From Polyangiaceae bacterium (lineage in GTDB: Bacteria; Myxococcota_A; Polyangia; Polyangiales; Polyangiaceae): a stretch of DNA of 64,000 nucleotides. Shown here one piece after another: positions 49,008 through 59,115 of the stretch. Numbering within the stretch: position 1 is the first letter of the stretch; every line of letters begins with the position of its first letter. The stretch spans positions 32,001 to 96,000 of the forward strand of contig JBNKBE010000010.1 of assembly GCA_050287085.1 (NCBI GenBank), written 5' to 3'. Position numbers and translations under genes: made by a program. The notes under the pieces were generated by a model. It did no database searches. It saw only the letters and a program-made list of their open reading frames with translations, and was not told the DNA's origin.

Positions 49008-50015
49008 ATGGCGGCCAAAGCGACGGTGGTTGTGCCTTCCTACAATACTGCCGCTACCATTCGACAGTTGTTGGACGCGCTCCTGGCGCAGGAGGGCTTT
49101 GACCGGGTGGACGCTGTGATCGTCGTCGACTCGTCCGATGACGGCAAGACTCAGGACATTGTCAGGGAGTACCAGGCGGAGGGCGTGCGACTGATTGTTT
49201 CGGGGGTGCGCGTGATGCCCGCGAGACAGCGAAACATCGGAGCGCGAGCCGCTACAAGTGAACTCTTGGTGTTCATTGACGCCGATGCGTTCCCGGCTGC
49301 TGGGTGGCTGAAGGCCATCTTGCGGGCCTACGACGGTGGCATTCTGGTCGGGGGAGGCAGTTACGCTGTGCCGGACTTCCAGCAGCAGAGCGCGATTGCC
49401 CTGGCCCAGTACTACCTCGAATTCAACGAGTACATACCGGTCGGGGCGCCCCGACCGAAGCGCATGTTGCCGACCTGCAATCTCTTCTGCGATCGAGCGT
49501 TGTTCGAGCGGGTGGGGGGTGTTCCGGAGATCCGCGCGTCCGAGGATACGCTCTTTGGATTGCGCGTCAGTGAGCAGCATCCGGTCATGTTCATTCCGGA
49601 GGCCACGGTCAATCACCAGTTTCGTGTCGACCCCGGTCATTGCTTTGCCAATCAGGAGCTGCTCGGGAAGTACGTCTACGTGTACCGCAGGTACGTGTAC
49701 AAGCCGCGCTACCTAGAGCCAAACTGGGTTGCGCTTACGTGGCCGCTCTTGTTGGGCGTGAAGCTGTGTCGAATACTGCCTCGCATCGTTCAGGCCGGGC
49801 CCGTGCATTGGAAGCCATTTGCCAAGTCAGTGCCGCTATTCGCCAAAGGGTTGGCACATTGGGGAATCGGCTTTCGACAGGGCAGTCGCGAGTACGATGA
49901 GCTGATAGCGACCTTCGCCGAGGCGGATGCGGTCAACACAACCGCGGCTGAGGTGAGTGCGGCTGAGGAGAGTGCGTCCGGGGCGAGTGCGGCTAAACGG
50001 CAGTCAAACATATGA
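49008..50015 (+). CDS. GT2 family glycosyltransferase
   Basis: VVVPSYN, VVDSSDD, RNIGA, FIDAD, SED. ATGA overlap with the flippase gene. Confidence 0.9.
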   Translation: MAAKATVVVPSYNTAATIRQLLDALLAQEGFDRVDAVIVVDSSDDGKTQDIVREYQAEGVRLIVSGVRVMPARQRNIGARAATSELLVFIDADAFPAAGWLKAILRAYDGGILVGGGSYAVPDFQQQSAIALAQYYLEFNEYIPVGAPRPKRMLPTCNLFCDRALFERVGGVPEIRASEDTLFGLRVSEQHPVMFIPEATVNHQFRVDPGHCFANQELLGKYVYVYRRYVYKPRYLEPNWVALTWPLLLGVKLCRILPRIVQAGPVHWKPFAKSVPLFAKGLAHWGIGFRQGSREYDELIATFAEADAVNTTAAEVSAAEESASGASAAKRQSNI

Positions 50016-51520
50016 ACTCGACGGCACCGGATAGCACCTCCAAGGGACCAGGCCGTACGGCTCGTCTCATCATCAAGAATACCGCTTACCTCACGGCGGC
50101 CCAGGTCGTGACGATTCCGATCTCGATCGGTCTCAACGCGGCGATGGCGCGTACTCTGGGGGCGGAGGCATTCGGTACCATCTACTTCGTGACTACCCTC
50201 GCCACGTTCGGGTACTTGCTCGTCAACTTTGGCCACAGCGGCGCCATCCCGATGATCGTGGCGCAAGACAAGAGTCTTGCGGGCGCCACGTTGGCGAGTA
50301 GCTTGGTTGGCCGCGCCGGCTTAGCGCTTCTTGTCTACGCGCTACTGGCTATCGGTTGTGCCGTTGCTGGCTACGATGCCAACACACAATACGCGCTGCT
50401 CATCGTGTTCATCACGCACGGGCTCATATCCATCCACGCGGCGTGCAAAGACACTATGCGTGGCCTTGAGCGGACCGACCTTCCCGCGGCTATCCACGTC
50501 ATACAGCAGCTATTGACGGCAGCGGTGACGATTCCAGCGCTCTACTTCAGTGGCAATCTGCTGGTGGTTCTGACGATGGCAGTCGTCTCCCACCTGCTCT
50601 TTCTGCCGCCCGTCGTGCGGATGGTACGCTCGACGGGAGTGGGCCGTCTTCGCTTCGATCGGGCGACGCTTTCTCGTCTCTACCTGGTGGGAGCGCCTTG
50701 GGTTGCGTCCTCGGTGGCGACCGAACTTCAGCCCAATCTGGACGCGTTGTATCTTTCGCAGCTGGCTCCCGCAGAGGTCATGGGGTGGTATGCGGTATCG
50801 CGTCGCTTGATTGGGCCATTGCTTCTTCCGGCTACGGCGCTCTTTGGCGCGGCCTACCCGACGCTCTGCCGTCTTCACGCCTCGGATCGCGAAGGCTTCA
50901 TCTCGACCTCGCGCGGCATGCTGAGCAACGTGGGACTCGTGGTGGTCCCGGTAGCAGCGTGTACGGGGCTGTTTCCCGAAGCGGGCATCGCCATCTTCGG
51001 TCGAGAGGGGTTTGCGGCGGCTGAGGATAACATGCGGATCCTGAGCGTGTTCCTGCTCTTTCTGTACTTCAGCATGCCCATTGGTCAGACGGTATTGGCG
51101 TCCGGTCGGCAGCGCGCTTGGGCGGTGGTTCAGGCGTTGTGCGTCGTCAACAGTCTGATTCTCGATCCGTTGTTGATTCCTCTATTTCAGAAGAGCCACG
51201 GCAATGGAGGGTTGGGGTTGTGCGTGGCCGCTGTCGTGTCGGAGGCGGTGGTTGTCGTGGGGGGCATCGTGCTGCTGCCCAAGGGCGTTCTCAGCTGGGG
51301 TGTACTGCGGAGCCTCGGACTGTCCGGGTTGTGTGTTCTTCCCATGGCGGTGATCGCCTGGTTCGGGCGTGGGTTTTCGGTGTGGCTGGTCGCACCGGTA
51401 GCCGTTGTGGCCTACGCGCTGTCCGCCTGGTGGACGGGAGCTGTAGAGCGCGACCATGTGCGCGCGCTGGCGACGCGCGTGAGGGCCAAGCTGTCTCGGG
51501 GCAAAGGTAAGTCGTCTTGA
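50012..51520 (+). CDS. wzx: Wzx oligosaccharide flippase
   Basis: ARTLG.E.FG, many TM helices, D..YL......GWY....R. Confidence 0.88.
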   Translation: MNSTAPDSTSKGPGRTARLIIKNTAYLTAAQVVTIPISIGLNAAMARTLGAEAFGTIYFVTTLATFGYLLVNFGHSGAIPMIVAQDKSLAGATLASSLVGRAGLALLVYALLAIGCAVAGYDANTQYALLIVFITHGLISIHAACKDTMRGLERTDLPAAIHVIQQLLTAAVTIPALYFSGNLLVVLTMAVVSHLLFLPPVVRMVRSTGVGRLRFDRATLSRLYLVGAPWVASSVATELQPNLDALYLSQLAPAEVMGWYAVSRRLIGPLLLPATALFGAAYPTLCRLHASDREGFISTSRGMLSNVGLVVVPVAACTGLFPEAGIAIFGREGFAAAEDNMRILSVFLLFLYFSMPIGQTVLASGRQRAWAVVQALCVVNSLILDPLLIPLFQKSHGNGGLGLCVAAVVSEAVVVVGGIVLLPKGVLSWGVLRSLGLSGLCVLPMAVIAWFGRGFSVWLVAPVAVVAYALSAWWTGAVERDHVRALATRVRAKLSRGKGKSS

Positions 51521-51643
51521 GCGAGAGCTTGCTGTCTATGGGTGCGATCAGCGAAGGGTAAAAACTCCTGCAACGGGTGAGGGACACGCGTTCTATGTCA
51601 GCGGCGTTGACCGGAATCGACGCGAGCTGTAGCGTATGACCCC

Positions 51644-52321
51644 ATGGACAAGTCGGGTGTGCTGCAGGAGGCCGAGCGATTGAGTTCGGTCCGAGTCGAG
51701 ACTGCAAAGACGGAAGCGCGCCGCTTTCGGCGAGCTGCGGCTGCGCTGGCTTGGCTGGTGATGGCTGTGGCGCTCGGCGGCTGCGGGGCGGAAGCGCCTT
51801 TCGTTTGGGTTGAGGTGAGGCATTTGCCGCAGGTCGATCCCAAGAGCGAATACATCGTGCAGCCTGGCGATACCTTGTCCGTACGGGTCTACAACGACGC
51901 CAACTTTTCGACGACCAGCGTAGTGCGGACGGATGGTGTGATCAGTCTGCCGCTCACCGGAGAGGTGGACGTCCGGGGCAAGCGTCCCAGCGAGATCGCC
52001 GCACAGCTGGAGGCGCTCTTGACCAAGTTCATGAACTCGCCTTCGGTCAGCGTGACTGTCGACGCTGTTCACCTTGAGAGCGTGGTCGTGGCCGGGCAAG
52101 TGGGGGCGCCCGGCCTCAAAGAGGTCAAACCTGGCACGCGGCTCCTCGAGCTCATCGCGATCGCGGGTGGCCTGACGGAGTTCGCCGACGATACCCGGAT
52201 ATTTCTGGTGCGTCGGGGCTCCGCGGAGAGAGTCAGGTTCACCCTGAAGATGCTCTATCAGGGCAATTCTGTGGCGGCGTCGGTACAGGTGGGCGAAGGC
52301 GATCTCGTCATCGTGGAGTGA
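51644..52321 (+). CDS. wza: short OPX polysaccharide export lipoprotein (Poly_export plus one SLBB domain)
   Basis: Lipobox LGGC, Y..QPGD.L.V.V, PES motif DG.ISLPL.GEV.V.G, AGGLTEFA; ends at GDLVIVE with no OM helix. Start may be later. Confidence 0.88.
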   Translation: MDKSGVLQEAERLSSVRVETAKTEARRFRRAAAALAWLVMAVALGGCGAEAPFVWVEVRHLPQVDPKSEYIVQPGDTLSVRVYNDANFSTTSVVRTDGVISLPLTGEVDVRGKRPSEIAAQLEALLTKFMNSPSVSVTVDAVHLESVVVAGQVGAPGLKEVKPGTRLLELIAIAGGLTEFADDTRIFLVRRGSAERVRFTLKMLYQGNSVAASVQVGEGDLVIVE

Positions 52322-52330
52322 TCCTGCAAC

Positions 52331-53569
52331 ATGCCTCATTGGTTGTTGCTTCTTCAGTTGGCCGGCGCAGCGACGACGCTTGACGTCGGTGCTGTAGCGG
52401 AGCTGAGAACGCGCGTTCCCGGCGACGCCGAGACCGAAACGGAGTTGTACAAGAGCGCGCTGGACACCAGCATCAATGGCACGGCCTCCCTGGGTGTGCA
52501 GGCGAAGAGAACCTCGCTATCACTGGATTACTCTCCGGCATTGGCTGTGCTCGACTACCTGCATCCAGCTCGGAGGCTTACGCTCAATCACGGCTTTGGC
52601 CTGAGGGCGAAGACGCTGGGCGCGCGCTGGCAGCTGGGAGCCACCGCCTCCGGTAGCGTGGGCTATCGCAGCTATTCCCCGTTGCTGGGCGGTTATGCGG
52701 ATCTCTATCCGGGCCAGATTCTTCCGGTGGTAACGGTGGGCATCAAGGCCGCTACCCCACAGGTCGATGCCAGCTATCGGCTGGGCGCGCGCCACACGCT
52801 CACCGCGGCGGCCGGCTACGTCTACAGCGCGGCGCTAGACGATACCTCGAGCAAGATCGTGCCGACCTCCTACGGGCCGACTGCGGATGTGGGTTACCTC
52901 TATTCGTTGTCCGCCGCCGACGACCTGGGTCTGGAGTTTGGAGCTCAACAACGTCGTACGGAACCGGGGGCCTTGTCCGTGGCTGACGCCAATCTCGATG
53001 TGCTTGTTCTTCAGGCCAATGCGCTGTGGAGCCACACCCTGCAAGAACCTGTGCTCGGCGAAGAAGGGGGCGCGACGTTCAGCTTGCGCGCCGGAGCCGC
53101 AATAACTCGCAGTCGCCTCAAGGGCGAGACAACTTGGAGTCCGGTGGCTCCGGTGGGGGCGGGGCAATTGGGAGGGCTCTTTGCGTACTCCATCAAGCTA
53201 GGCTCTGCCGGCACGATCGCAACGGGCGCAAACCTGGGCGTCAGCACCATCATCAATCAGACGACGGGCACGACCGACCAGAGAGCGCTCGCCTCTGGTC
53301 GAGTTGATTGGACCAGAAAGCGAACCACCGTTGCGCTGACCGGCAATGGCACTCGTTCACTCGACTTGGGTACGGTCGGAGCGGCCGCGTCCTATCAGGG
53401 GGCGCTGACGGCGCGCCACGAGCTGCACCGCACCCTCTTCGTTCAGGTCGGGGCTCGCGCGGCTTACGTCGACGTGGATCCGGAACTACAAGTCGGGCAG
53501 AGCGTAGCGAATCCTCAATGGGCCTTCTTTGTCGGCCTCGGGGGTCAGCTGGATACGCTACGGTTTTGA
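52331..53569 (+). CDS. outer-membrane beta-barrel partner of the short OPX (EpsX/Wzp-like)
   Basis: Signal peptide, many amphipathic strands, terminal Phe; 9 bp after the OPX gene. Confidence 0.7.
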   Translation: MPHWLLLLQLAGAATTLDVGAVAELRTRVPGDAETETELYKSALDTSINGTASLGVQAKRTSLSLDYSPALAVLDYLHPARRLTLNHGFGLRAKTLGARWQLGATASGSVGYRSYSPLLGGYADLYPGQILPVVTVGIKAATPQVDASYRLGARHTLTAAAGYVYSAALDDTSSKIVPTSYGPTADVGYLYSLSAADDLGLEFGAQQRRTEPGALSVADANLDVLVLQANALWSHTLQEPVLGEEGGATFSLRAGAAITRSRLKGETTWSPVAPVGAGQLGGLFAYSIKLGSAGTIATGANLGVSTIINQTTGTTDQRALASGRVDWTRKRTTVALTGNGTRSLDLGTVGAAASYQGALTARHELHRTLFVQVGARAAYVDVDPELQVGQSVANPQWAFFVGLGGQLDTLRF

Positions 53570-55717
53570 GGGAGCAGCCGCGGCTGCGACATCAGGACCC
53601 GCGTAGCCCACAAACTTCGACACCAGTCGAACGTAGGACGCTTGGTAGTAGATGCCCGGTTCGGAGAATTCCCAACTTCGATCGTAGGCGCTTTTCGGGT
53701 TCCACCCTTCGTTGGTATCGAGATAGCTCTTTTCGGGCGGTTGGCTCTTCACGGGGGACTTGGAGCAGGCGTGAGCTGGAGGCGCGTTGCCACAGTATTG
53801 TCGGTTGGGTCCACCTGGCACATAGCCCGGTGCTGGGCCAAGGCGCGACGTTCTGGCGTTGTCCCAGGTCGAGTCGTGGTCGCGGAACCAGGTGTGATAG
53901 ATTTCGTCCGCGCTGTCTTCGGCGCCGGCGTGATACATGTTGCTGAGGTAGACGAGTTGCATTGGGTTCACGCCGTGGAAAGAGTGCAGAAGCCCTGCCG
54001 CTCGTTCCCAATAGGTCGCGAAGTCTTTGGGAGCGACAGCTCCGCTTAGTACTGCGTCGATGTTGGAGTTGCCCAATGCTGCCCGCTGGTTGTTGCTGCC
54101 CCAGTGGTACATGTAGGGTCGCATGTGTGCCCGATAGAGATCGAACTTGGGATCGAAGCCAAAGAGATCCCTCGAACGCAACACGCGCTGTCGTCGCTCA
54201 GCAATGCGCTTCTTGATGTCCGCGGGGGCCGAATCAAGGGAGGCGTAGAAAACAAGCGCGTCGCCTTCGCAAGGTTCATAGACGCCCCATTGGTCTTCTT
54301 TGAACGGGCGAGTCGTCTGAATGTTGGCGGCGATATAGGCCGCGTAGGGGCCCGTGGGGTTGATGGCTGCGAGATAGGCCGCGGCCGTAACGGCCATCTT
54401 CGGTTGATCTTTCACCGCTATGTCCGCATCGCCGCCGGTGATCGAACCGTCGTCGCACTTGTCTGATTGGGGATGCGTCTCAAAGTGCTGCCACGCGCGC
54501 TCCGCACGCTGGGCAAAGTCGGCTGCTGCAGCACCTAGAGTGGGGAACTTCCGCAACACCAACGCCGCGTGGGCGAACATTCCCGCGGTGGCAATGGTCG
54601 AGGAGGAGCAAGCGCCCGGGTAGTAGAAGCGCGGGGACCTGTCTTGACTCGGTAGGTCTTGGGTATGTTTTGCGCTGCCCATCTTGAGCAAGACGCCACC
54701 CTGTAGGTCGTCAGCCTGCATCTTCTTGAGCCAGTTGAGCTCGACCAATACCTCGTCCAGGATATCTGGAATGCTGTTGCCGGATTCCGGAATGCCAAAG
54801 TCATCTGTGAACGCTGTCGGGTGCTCGCTGTACGCGGTGAGCAACTGATGCACGGGATTCAAGGCGAAGGTGACGTACTTGTTGGTATCGCCCGCATCCC
54901 ACCAACCACCGCTTAGGTCGCGCGACGTCTGGGCGTCGTTGCGACTGTTGATACTTCGTGCCTCACGATCTTGAAGTGGGCCTACGAAGTCCGCCGTGGC
55001 TAGCCAGCAACGCATCCCGACACAAGCCCAGGGGCGTTCCTTGGGCACGTTGGCGCGATTGAAGTAGTACATCTTGCTCGCCGCGACGAGCACCGGCTTG
55101 TAGACGTTGGCACCGATCTCAAAAGGCGCAGATCGGACGCGATTGGTCGGATCGTAGACGTAGTACAGTCCGTCTTGAGTCAGGCTGCTGAAGTCAAACC
55201 AGAAGCCGGCGTCACCTGAGGTCTCGTCTGTCTTGCCCTCTTGCCACGAGCTAGGTTTGCCGGTGAGGACCTGACCTCGGTCTTTCCAGCGGCGTATCTC
55301 CACCGTCTCGGGCGGAACATATGAATCCGCCGCGTTCCAACCCTTCTGTGGGTTGACGATGACGGCAACTTTCTTCATCTGGGGGAGGTAGCCGAACTGG
55401 TCTACAGCAAGGTAACGCTCTCCAGGTATGCCCTGACCTTGGCCTTCCGGTAGCGGGACGGGCGCCTCCCGCATCTTCTGAAACGGGTATGATGAACGCC
55501 CGTGTATCAGGCGCGTCCCTGTCGGTTCGGGGCCCGGCGCTGGCGCAGCCTCGGTAGGGGCTGGCTGCGTAGGCATGACCAACGTCGGAGGTTCGCTTTG
55601 ATTGCGCGAGCAGCCGCTGAGTTGCAGTAGCGCGACTAGGACTAGGGACTGGCAGTGGTTGTGTTTTGCTACGCTGCCTATCATGGCAATGACGCTATCA
55701 CGAAACGCCAGACCCAT
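53558..55717 (-). CDS. glycoside hydrolase family 9 lipoprotein with N-terminal Ig-like domain
   Basis: Lipobox LSGC, VDQFGYLP...KVAV, DLSGGWWDAGD.NKY, C-terminal WE..EP.I.YQA. Confidence 0.88.
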   Translation of the reverse strand: MGLAFRDSVIAMIGSVAKHNHCQSLVLVALLQLSGCSRNQSEPPTLVMPTQPAPTEAAPAPGPEPTGTRLIHGRSSYPFQKMREAPVPLPEGQGQGIPGERYLAVDQFGYLPQMKKVAVIVNPQKGWNAADSYVPPETVEIRRWKDRGQVLTGKPSSWQEGKTDETSGDAGFWFDFSSLTQDGLYYVYDPTNRVRSAPFEIGANVYKPVLVAASKMYYFNRANVPKERPWACVGMRCWLATADFVGPLQDREARSINSRNDAQTSRDLSGGWWDAGDTNKYVTFALNPVHQLLTAYSEHPTAFTDDFGIPESGNSIPDILDEVLVELNWLKKMQADDLQGGVLLKMGSAKHTQDLPSQDRSPRFYYPGACSSSTIATAGMFAHAALVLRKFPTLGAAAADFAQRAERAWQHFETHPQSDKCDDGSITGGDADIAVKDQPKMAVTAAAYLAAINPTGPYAAYIAANIQTTRPFKEDQWGVYEPCEGDALVFYASLDSAPADIKKRIAERRQRVLRSRDLFGFDPKFDLYRAHMRPYMYHWGSNNQRAALGNSNIDAVLSGAVAPKDFATYWERAAGLLHSFHGVNPMQLVYLSNMYHAGAEDSADEIYHTWFRDHDSTWDNARTSRLGPAPGYVPGGPNRQYCGNAPPAHACSKSPVKSQPPEKSYLDTNEGWNPKSAYDRSWEFSEPGIYYQASYVRLVSKFVGYAGPDVAAAAAPSKP

Positions 55718-55741
55718 GGCGCCATTCTTTGCGACTCGTCG

Positions 55742-57217
55742 CTAGCGGAGTCGCCCGTTGGAATGGCGCCATGCACCAGTCTCAATCGCCAGCTTGGCAA
55801 CAATCGCTAGGCCCGGCGCCAGCGTGAACGTCCATGGCCACCCTCCAAACCCCATGTCGCCAAACGCTTGAAGCATGCAGACCACCAATGTGGCGACCAG
55901 GGATACTGAGGCAACGCGGTAGAGCGGGACGGTGGTCGAGCGGTAGGTGCGTACGCCGAAGTAGACGCCGAGCGCGAGCAGCATCCAGATGCATGTGAAC
56001 CCTAGCCAGCCGGTAAACGCCCACAAGCCCAAAATGCTGTTGTGCGGAAGGTAGGGTTCGAGATCGTAAGGGACGGCGGGGAGCTTAACAACCTCGTTGA
56101 AGGGCTTGCCAAGGCCGATACCGAGTAGCGGGTTCTGGATGAAGGTCTGGTGGAGGTTGAAGTTCTCGAGTTCACGCCAGTTGGATGAGCCGTCGCTCTT
56201 GGCATCAACGATGGAGCGCAGCAGTTGCACCGGCTTGAACACTTTTGAGCCGCTATTCCATCCAATAGCAACGTATACGAGGGCCAGCGGCACCGACGCG
56301 ATGCCGGCTCGCACCAACTTGAGCTTGAGCACGCTCCAGCGCGTTAGGAAAAACGCGAAGACTCCGCCCAACACGATGTTGGGCCAGACGATGCGCCGAT
56401 CGTTGGCTATCATACCCAACACCAGTAGCGGCAAGAACACGGCCATCCGTTGCAGATTCGCGCGGGACGGTTCTTCGAGCACGAGGTTCAGCAAGATCAG
56501 AACCGCGACAGCAAACAACACGGAGTCGCCGTGGGAAGTGCAGGTTTCGGTCTCGGGGAATGCGCGGCGGACGCCAACGGCCATGATTGCCCGTACGCTA
56601 GCGGCTCCAATGATGAATCGTCCGAAAGGAACAATGTCCTTGGAGCCGCGGAACACGACCGCGCAGAACATGCACCATAGGGGGAGGCGCAATTGGCGGT
56701 CCATTTGCCAGTTGGCCCACTTCATGATGCCGCCATGGCTCAATCCCCAGAACGCAGCAAAGAGAGTGCCACAGAGGCTGAGCCAGATGATGTAGTAGAG
56801 TTCCTTGGGCGCTCGCGGTCCGCCCGCGAGATCGAGCGTATTGCCTCGCGCACGCCGCGCCCAATAGAGCGCAACCATCAGCACGAGCACGGTCTCGGCT
56901 CCGGTTAGGATGAGGGCACCCACGGGGAGGGTCTTCTTGAGTTGGATCGTCATCAACGATCCGAGCAGGAAGAGTGGCGACTTCCAAGGCCCACGATCGG
57001 CTGGGTTGTCGAGCACCAGACACATCGCCATCACGACGAACAATGGCCAGCGGAGCGGGACCCGGCTAAGGATGAACGCAAATAGCAGCGCGCCAAAGGG
57101 TACGATCGCTCCCACGGGGCCTACCACGACCGAGAGCACGATCGTGGCGAGCGCGAGAACAGCGAGAAAGGCCCAGAGCGCGACGCGTTGGAGCACGTCA
57201 GAGCTCGAGCTATTCAT
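55742..57217 (-). CDS. wzy: Wzy polymerase / O-antigen ligase family protein
   Basis: Multiple TM helices, NDRR, S..WR..E, NPLLG.G.G, PHNS.L. ATGA overlap with the PCP gene. Confidence 0.85.
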   Translation of the reverse strand: MNSSSSDVLQRVALWAFLAVLALATIVLSVVVGPVGAIVPFGALLFAFILSRVPLRWPLFVVMAMCLVLDNPADRGPWKSPLFLLGSLMTIQLKKTLPVGALILTGAETVLVLMVALYWARRARGNTLDLAGGPRAPKELYYIIWLSLCGTLFAAFWGLSHGGIMKWANWQMDRQLRLPLWCMFCAVVFRGSKDIVPFGRFIIGAASVRAIMAVGVRRAFPETETCTSHGDSVLFAVAVLILLNLVLEEPSRANLQRMAVFLPLLVLGMIANDRRIVWPNIVLGGVFAFFLTRWSVLKLKLVRAGIASVPLALVYVAIGWNSGSKVFKPVQLLRSIVDAKSDGSSNWRELENFNLHQTFIQNPLLGIGLGKPFNEVVKLPAVPYDLEPYLPHNSILGLWAFTGWLGFTCIWMLLALGVYFGVRTYRSTTVPLYRVASVSLVATLVVCMLQAFGDMGFGGWPWTFTLAPGLAIVAKLAIETGAWRHSNGRLR

Positions 57218-58764
57218 GACTCGTCGGAGTCCGTCGGGCTGGGGAGCGCAAGGGAGCCGACAACCGGAACTGGGAGCAGTTGCTCGAGTTGCCATGTGCG
57301 ATCGAGCACACCCCTGCGGAGGGCGAAGATGGCGATTGCGCCGAATCCGAAGAATAGGCCGCCCAGGAACGCGCCGAGGACTTTGGGAACACGTGGCTTG
57401 GTCGCCTTGCGAGGAACCTCTGCGTTGACGACCGTTTGATAGCGTAGCTTGAATGCGCGCTGGGCCAGCTCCAGATCCAGCCTGCGGGCGGCAATTTCCT
57501 TCTGCAGGCTGGCATATTGCGCATCCGCCAGAATGACCGCGCCCTCCAGACGTCCGTATTCAGGATCGATCTGTGAGGCGATCCGGAGGTCGGGGGCTGA
57601 AGGCGGACGGATGTTGAGATTGGAGCGGGGCTCGGGCGCCGGCCCTGTCCCACGACTTGCTTTCGGGGCGTTAAGCACCAGGCCACTGCGCTCTTGGCGT
57701 AGGGCGGAGAGCTCCGCCGCCAGCTCTTGCAGGCGAGGGCTTTCGGCGGATGCTGCGGCAATCTGCTGCTTGACGTCGATGACCGCGGGATGAGCGTCGG
57801 TGTAGCGGGTGCGAAGCTCAGCCAGTTTGCCGTGTAGTGTCGCAAGCCGAGTCTGTTGCTGGCTGCCCAGGGACTGCAGGCTCTGCTCTTTCGTTGCGAT
57901 CAAGCCGTCGAGTTCGGAGAGCCGCGCTGCCGCCTGCTCTGCTTCCGCAACAAAAGGCGACGATGGGGCCACAGGGCGCTGCTGGCGGAGCTTCGCGATG
58001 CGTAACCGCTCCTCTTCTAGCGCCTCGTCAACGGTCGCTTGGTAGCTCTTCTCTTTCGTGGCGATGTACTCGTCCATGTAGGAGCTGAACTCGTTCTTGG
58101 TTCGATCGAGTCGTGTGCGCAGATCGGCGGCTTGGCGCTCCAGGATGGAGATGGTTTCGATGATCGCCGAGACGTCGCGCTCGTGGCAGATTTCCAAGAA
58201 CAGCTCGCGAGCTGCCGCAACGATGCGGAAGACGGAGTCTTCATTGTTCCACTTGGCAGACAGCGTAATGCTCGCGCGATCCGCTTCAACGCTGAGAGCC
58301 TCCTCCAGACCTCGCACCGTGAAGTACAACGCGTCCTCCGGATCGACCGGTTTCGCTAGCGGCGACAACAGCCAATTGACCAGCTTCTCGCGTAGTGAGC
58401 GATTTCGAACGTCCGCTGCGATCAGGTCGGCGCGCTTGACGATTTCCTCCAGGTTCGCGCGGGACGGCAATACACGAGCGGCGCCTTCCGTCATCGAGAC
58501 GCCCCGGTCCTCGCCGCGTGGCTGCACGTAGGAGTTCTTTACAACAACCAGCGTTGTGCTCGTCGCGTACTCACGGCCGCCTGTGAACACCCATGCGCCT
58601 ACCAATGTTGCGAATGCAATGCCACATGTGACGATGACCCATTTCCGCTGCCAGCCTTGGTAGGCGAAGTAGCGCAACCAGTTGGTCACGACCGTGAAGT
58701 TGACGATCTCGCCGAGGTCGGCCTGAATCGTGGGATTCAGCGACGGGCGCTCCTGGGGATTCAT
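57214..58764 (-). CDS. polysaccharide co-polymerase (Wzc/GumC-like, no fused kinase)
   Basis: Two TM helices flanking a long coiled coil, YT..HP.V, P...KP, L..PVVG tail; no Walker motifs. Confidence 0.85.
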   Translation of the reverse strand: MNPQERPSLNPTIQADLGEIVNFTVVTNWLRYFAYQGWQRKWVIVTCGIAFATLVGAWVFTGGREYATSTTLVVVKNSYVQPRGEDRGVSMTEGAARVLPSRANLEEIVKRADLIAADVRNRSLREKLVNWLLSPLAKPVDPEDALYFTVRGLEEALSVEADRASITLSAKWNNEDSVFRIVAAARELFLEICHERDVSAIIETISILERQAADLRTRLDRTKNEFSSYMDEYIATKEKSYQATVDEALEEERLRIAKLRQQRPVAPSSPFVAEAEQAAARLSELDGLIATKEQSLQSLGSQQQTRLATLHGKLAELRTRYTDAHPAVIDVKQQIAAASAESPRLQELAAELSALRQERSGLVLNAPKASRGTGPAPEPRSNLNIRPPSAPDLRIASQIDPEYGRLEGAVILADAQYASLQKEIAARRLDLELAQRAFKLRYQTVVNAEVPRKATKPRVPKVLGAFLGGLFFGFGAIAIFALRRGVLDRTWQLEQLLPVPVVGSLALPSPTDSDES

Positions 58765-59115
58765 GCTCTCGTTCAAGGTACGATCCGATCGATTCCTAGT
58801 TTAGACGCGGCCAGATGAAGCGCAGCGCTAGCATATATATGAATGTCATCAGCGCCATGTTGCGCAGCATCAAGCGGAGCCCGCGGCGGGCATCGGGATG
58901 CCGGGCGGCCAGCGCTGGGATCAGAACGGTGCCTGCTATCACCGACATCAAGAGCAGCTTTGCCACTTCGGGCAGTGTGGCATGCTGCTTGGCAGCGGGG
59001 CAAGGGAATCGGCGGCCTTGTGCGGGGAGGGGGGCGCCTCGTCGCTTGCTGATCGCGCGCCGGCTTTGCTAGGGTGGCGCCGGTTCGGACCGGCTTCTCG
59101 GCAGCCCCAAGTGAC

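Noticed and set aside
58978..58992. sigma-54 promoter TGGCATG-N4-TTGG upstream of the GT4 gene
   Set aside because: The -12 GC is not matched at the required spacing; too weak to call.
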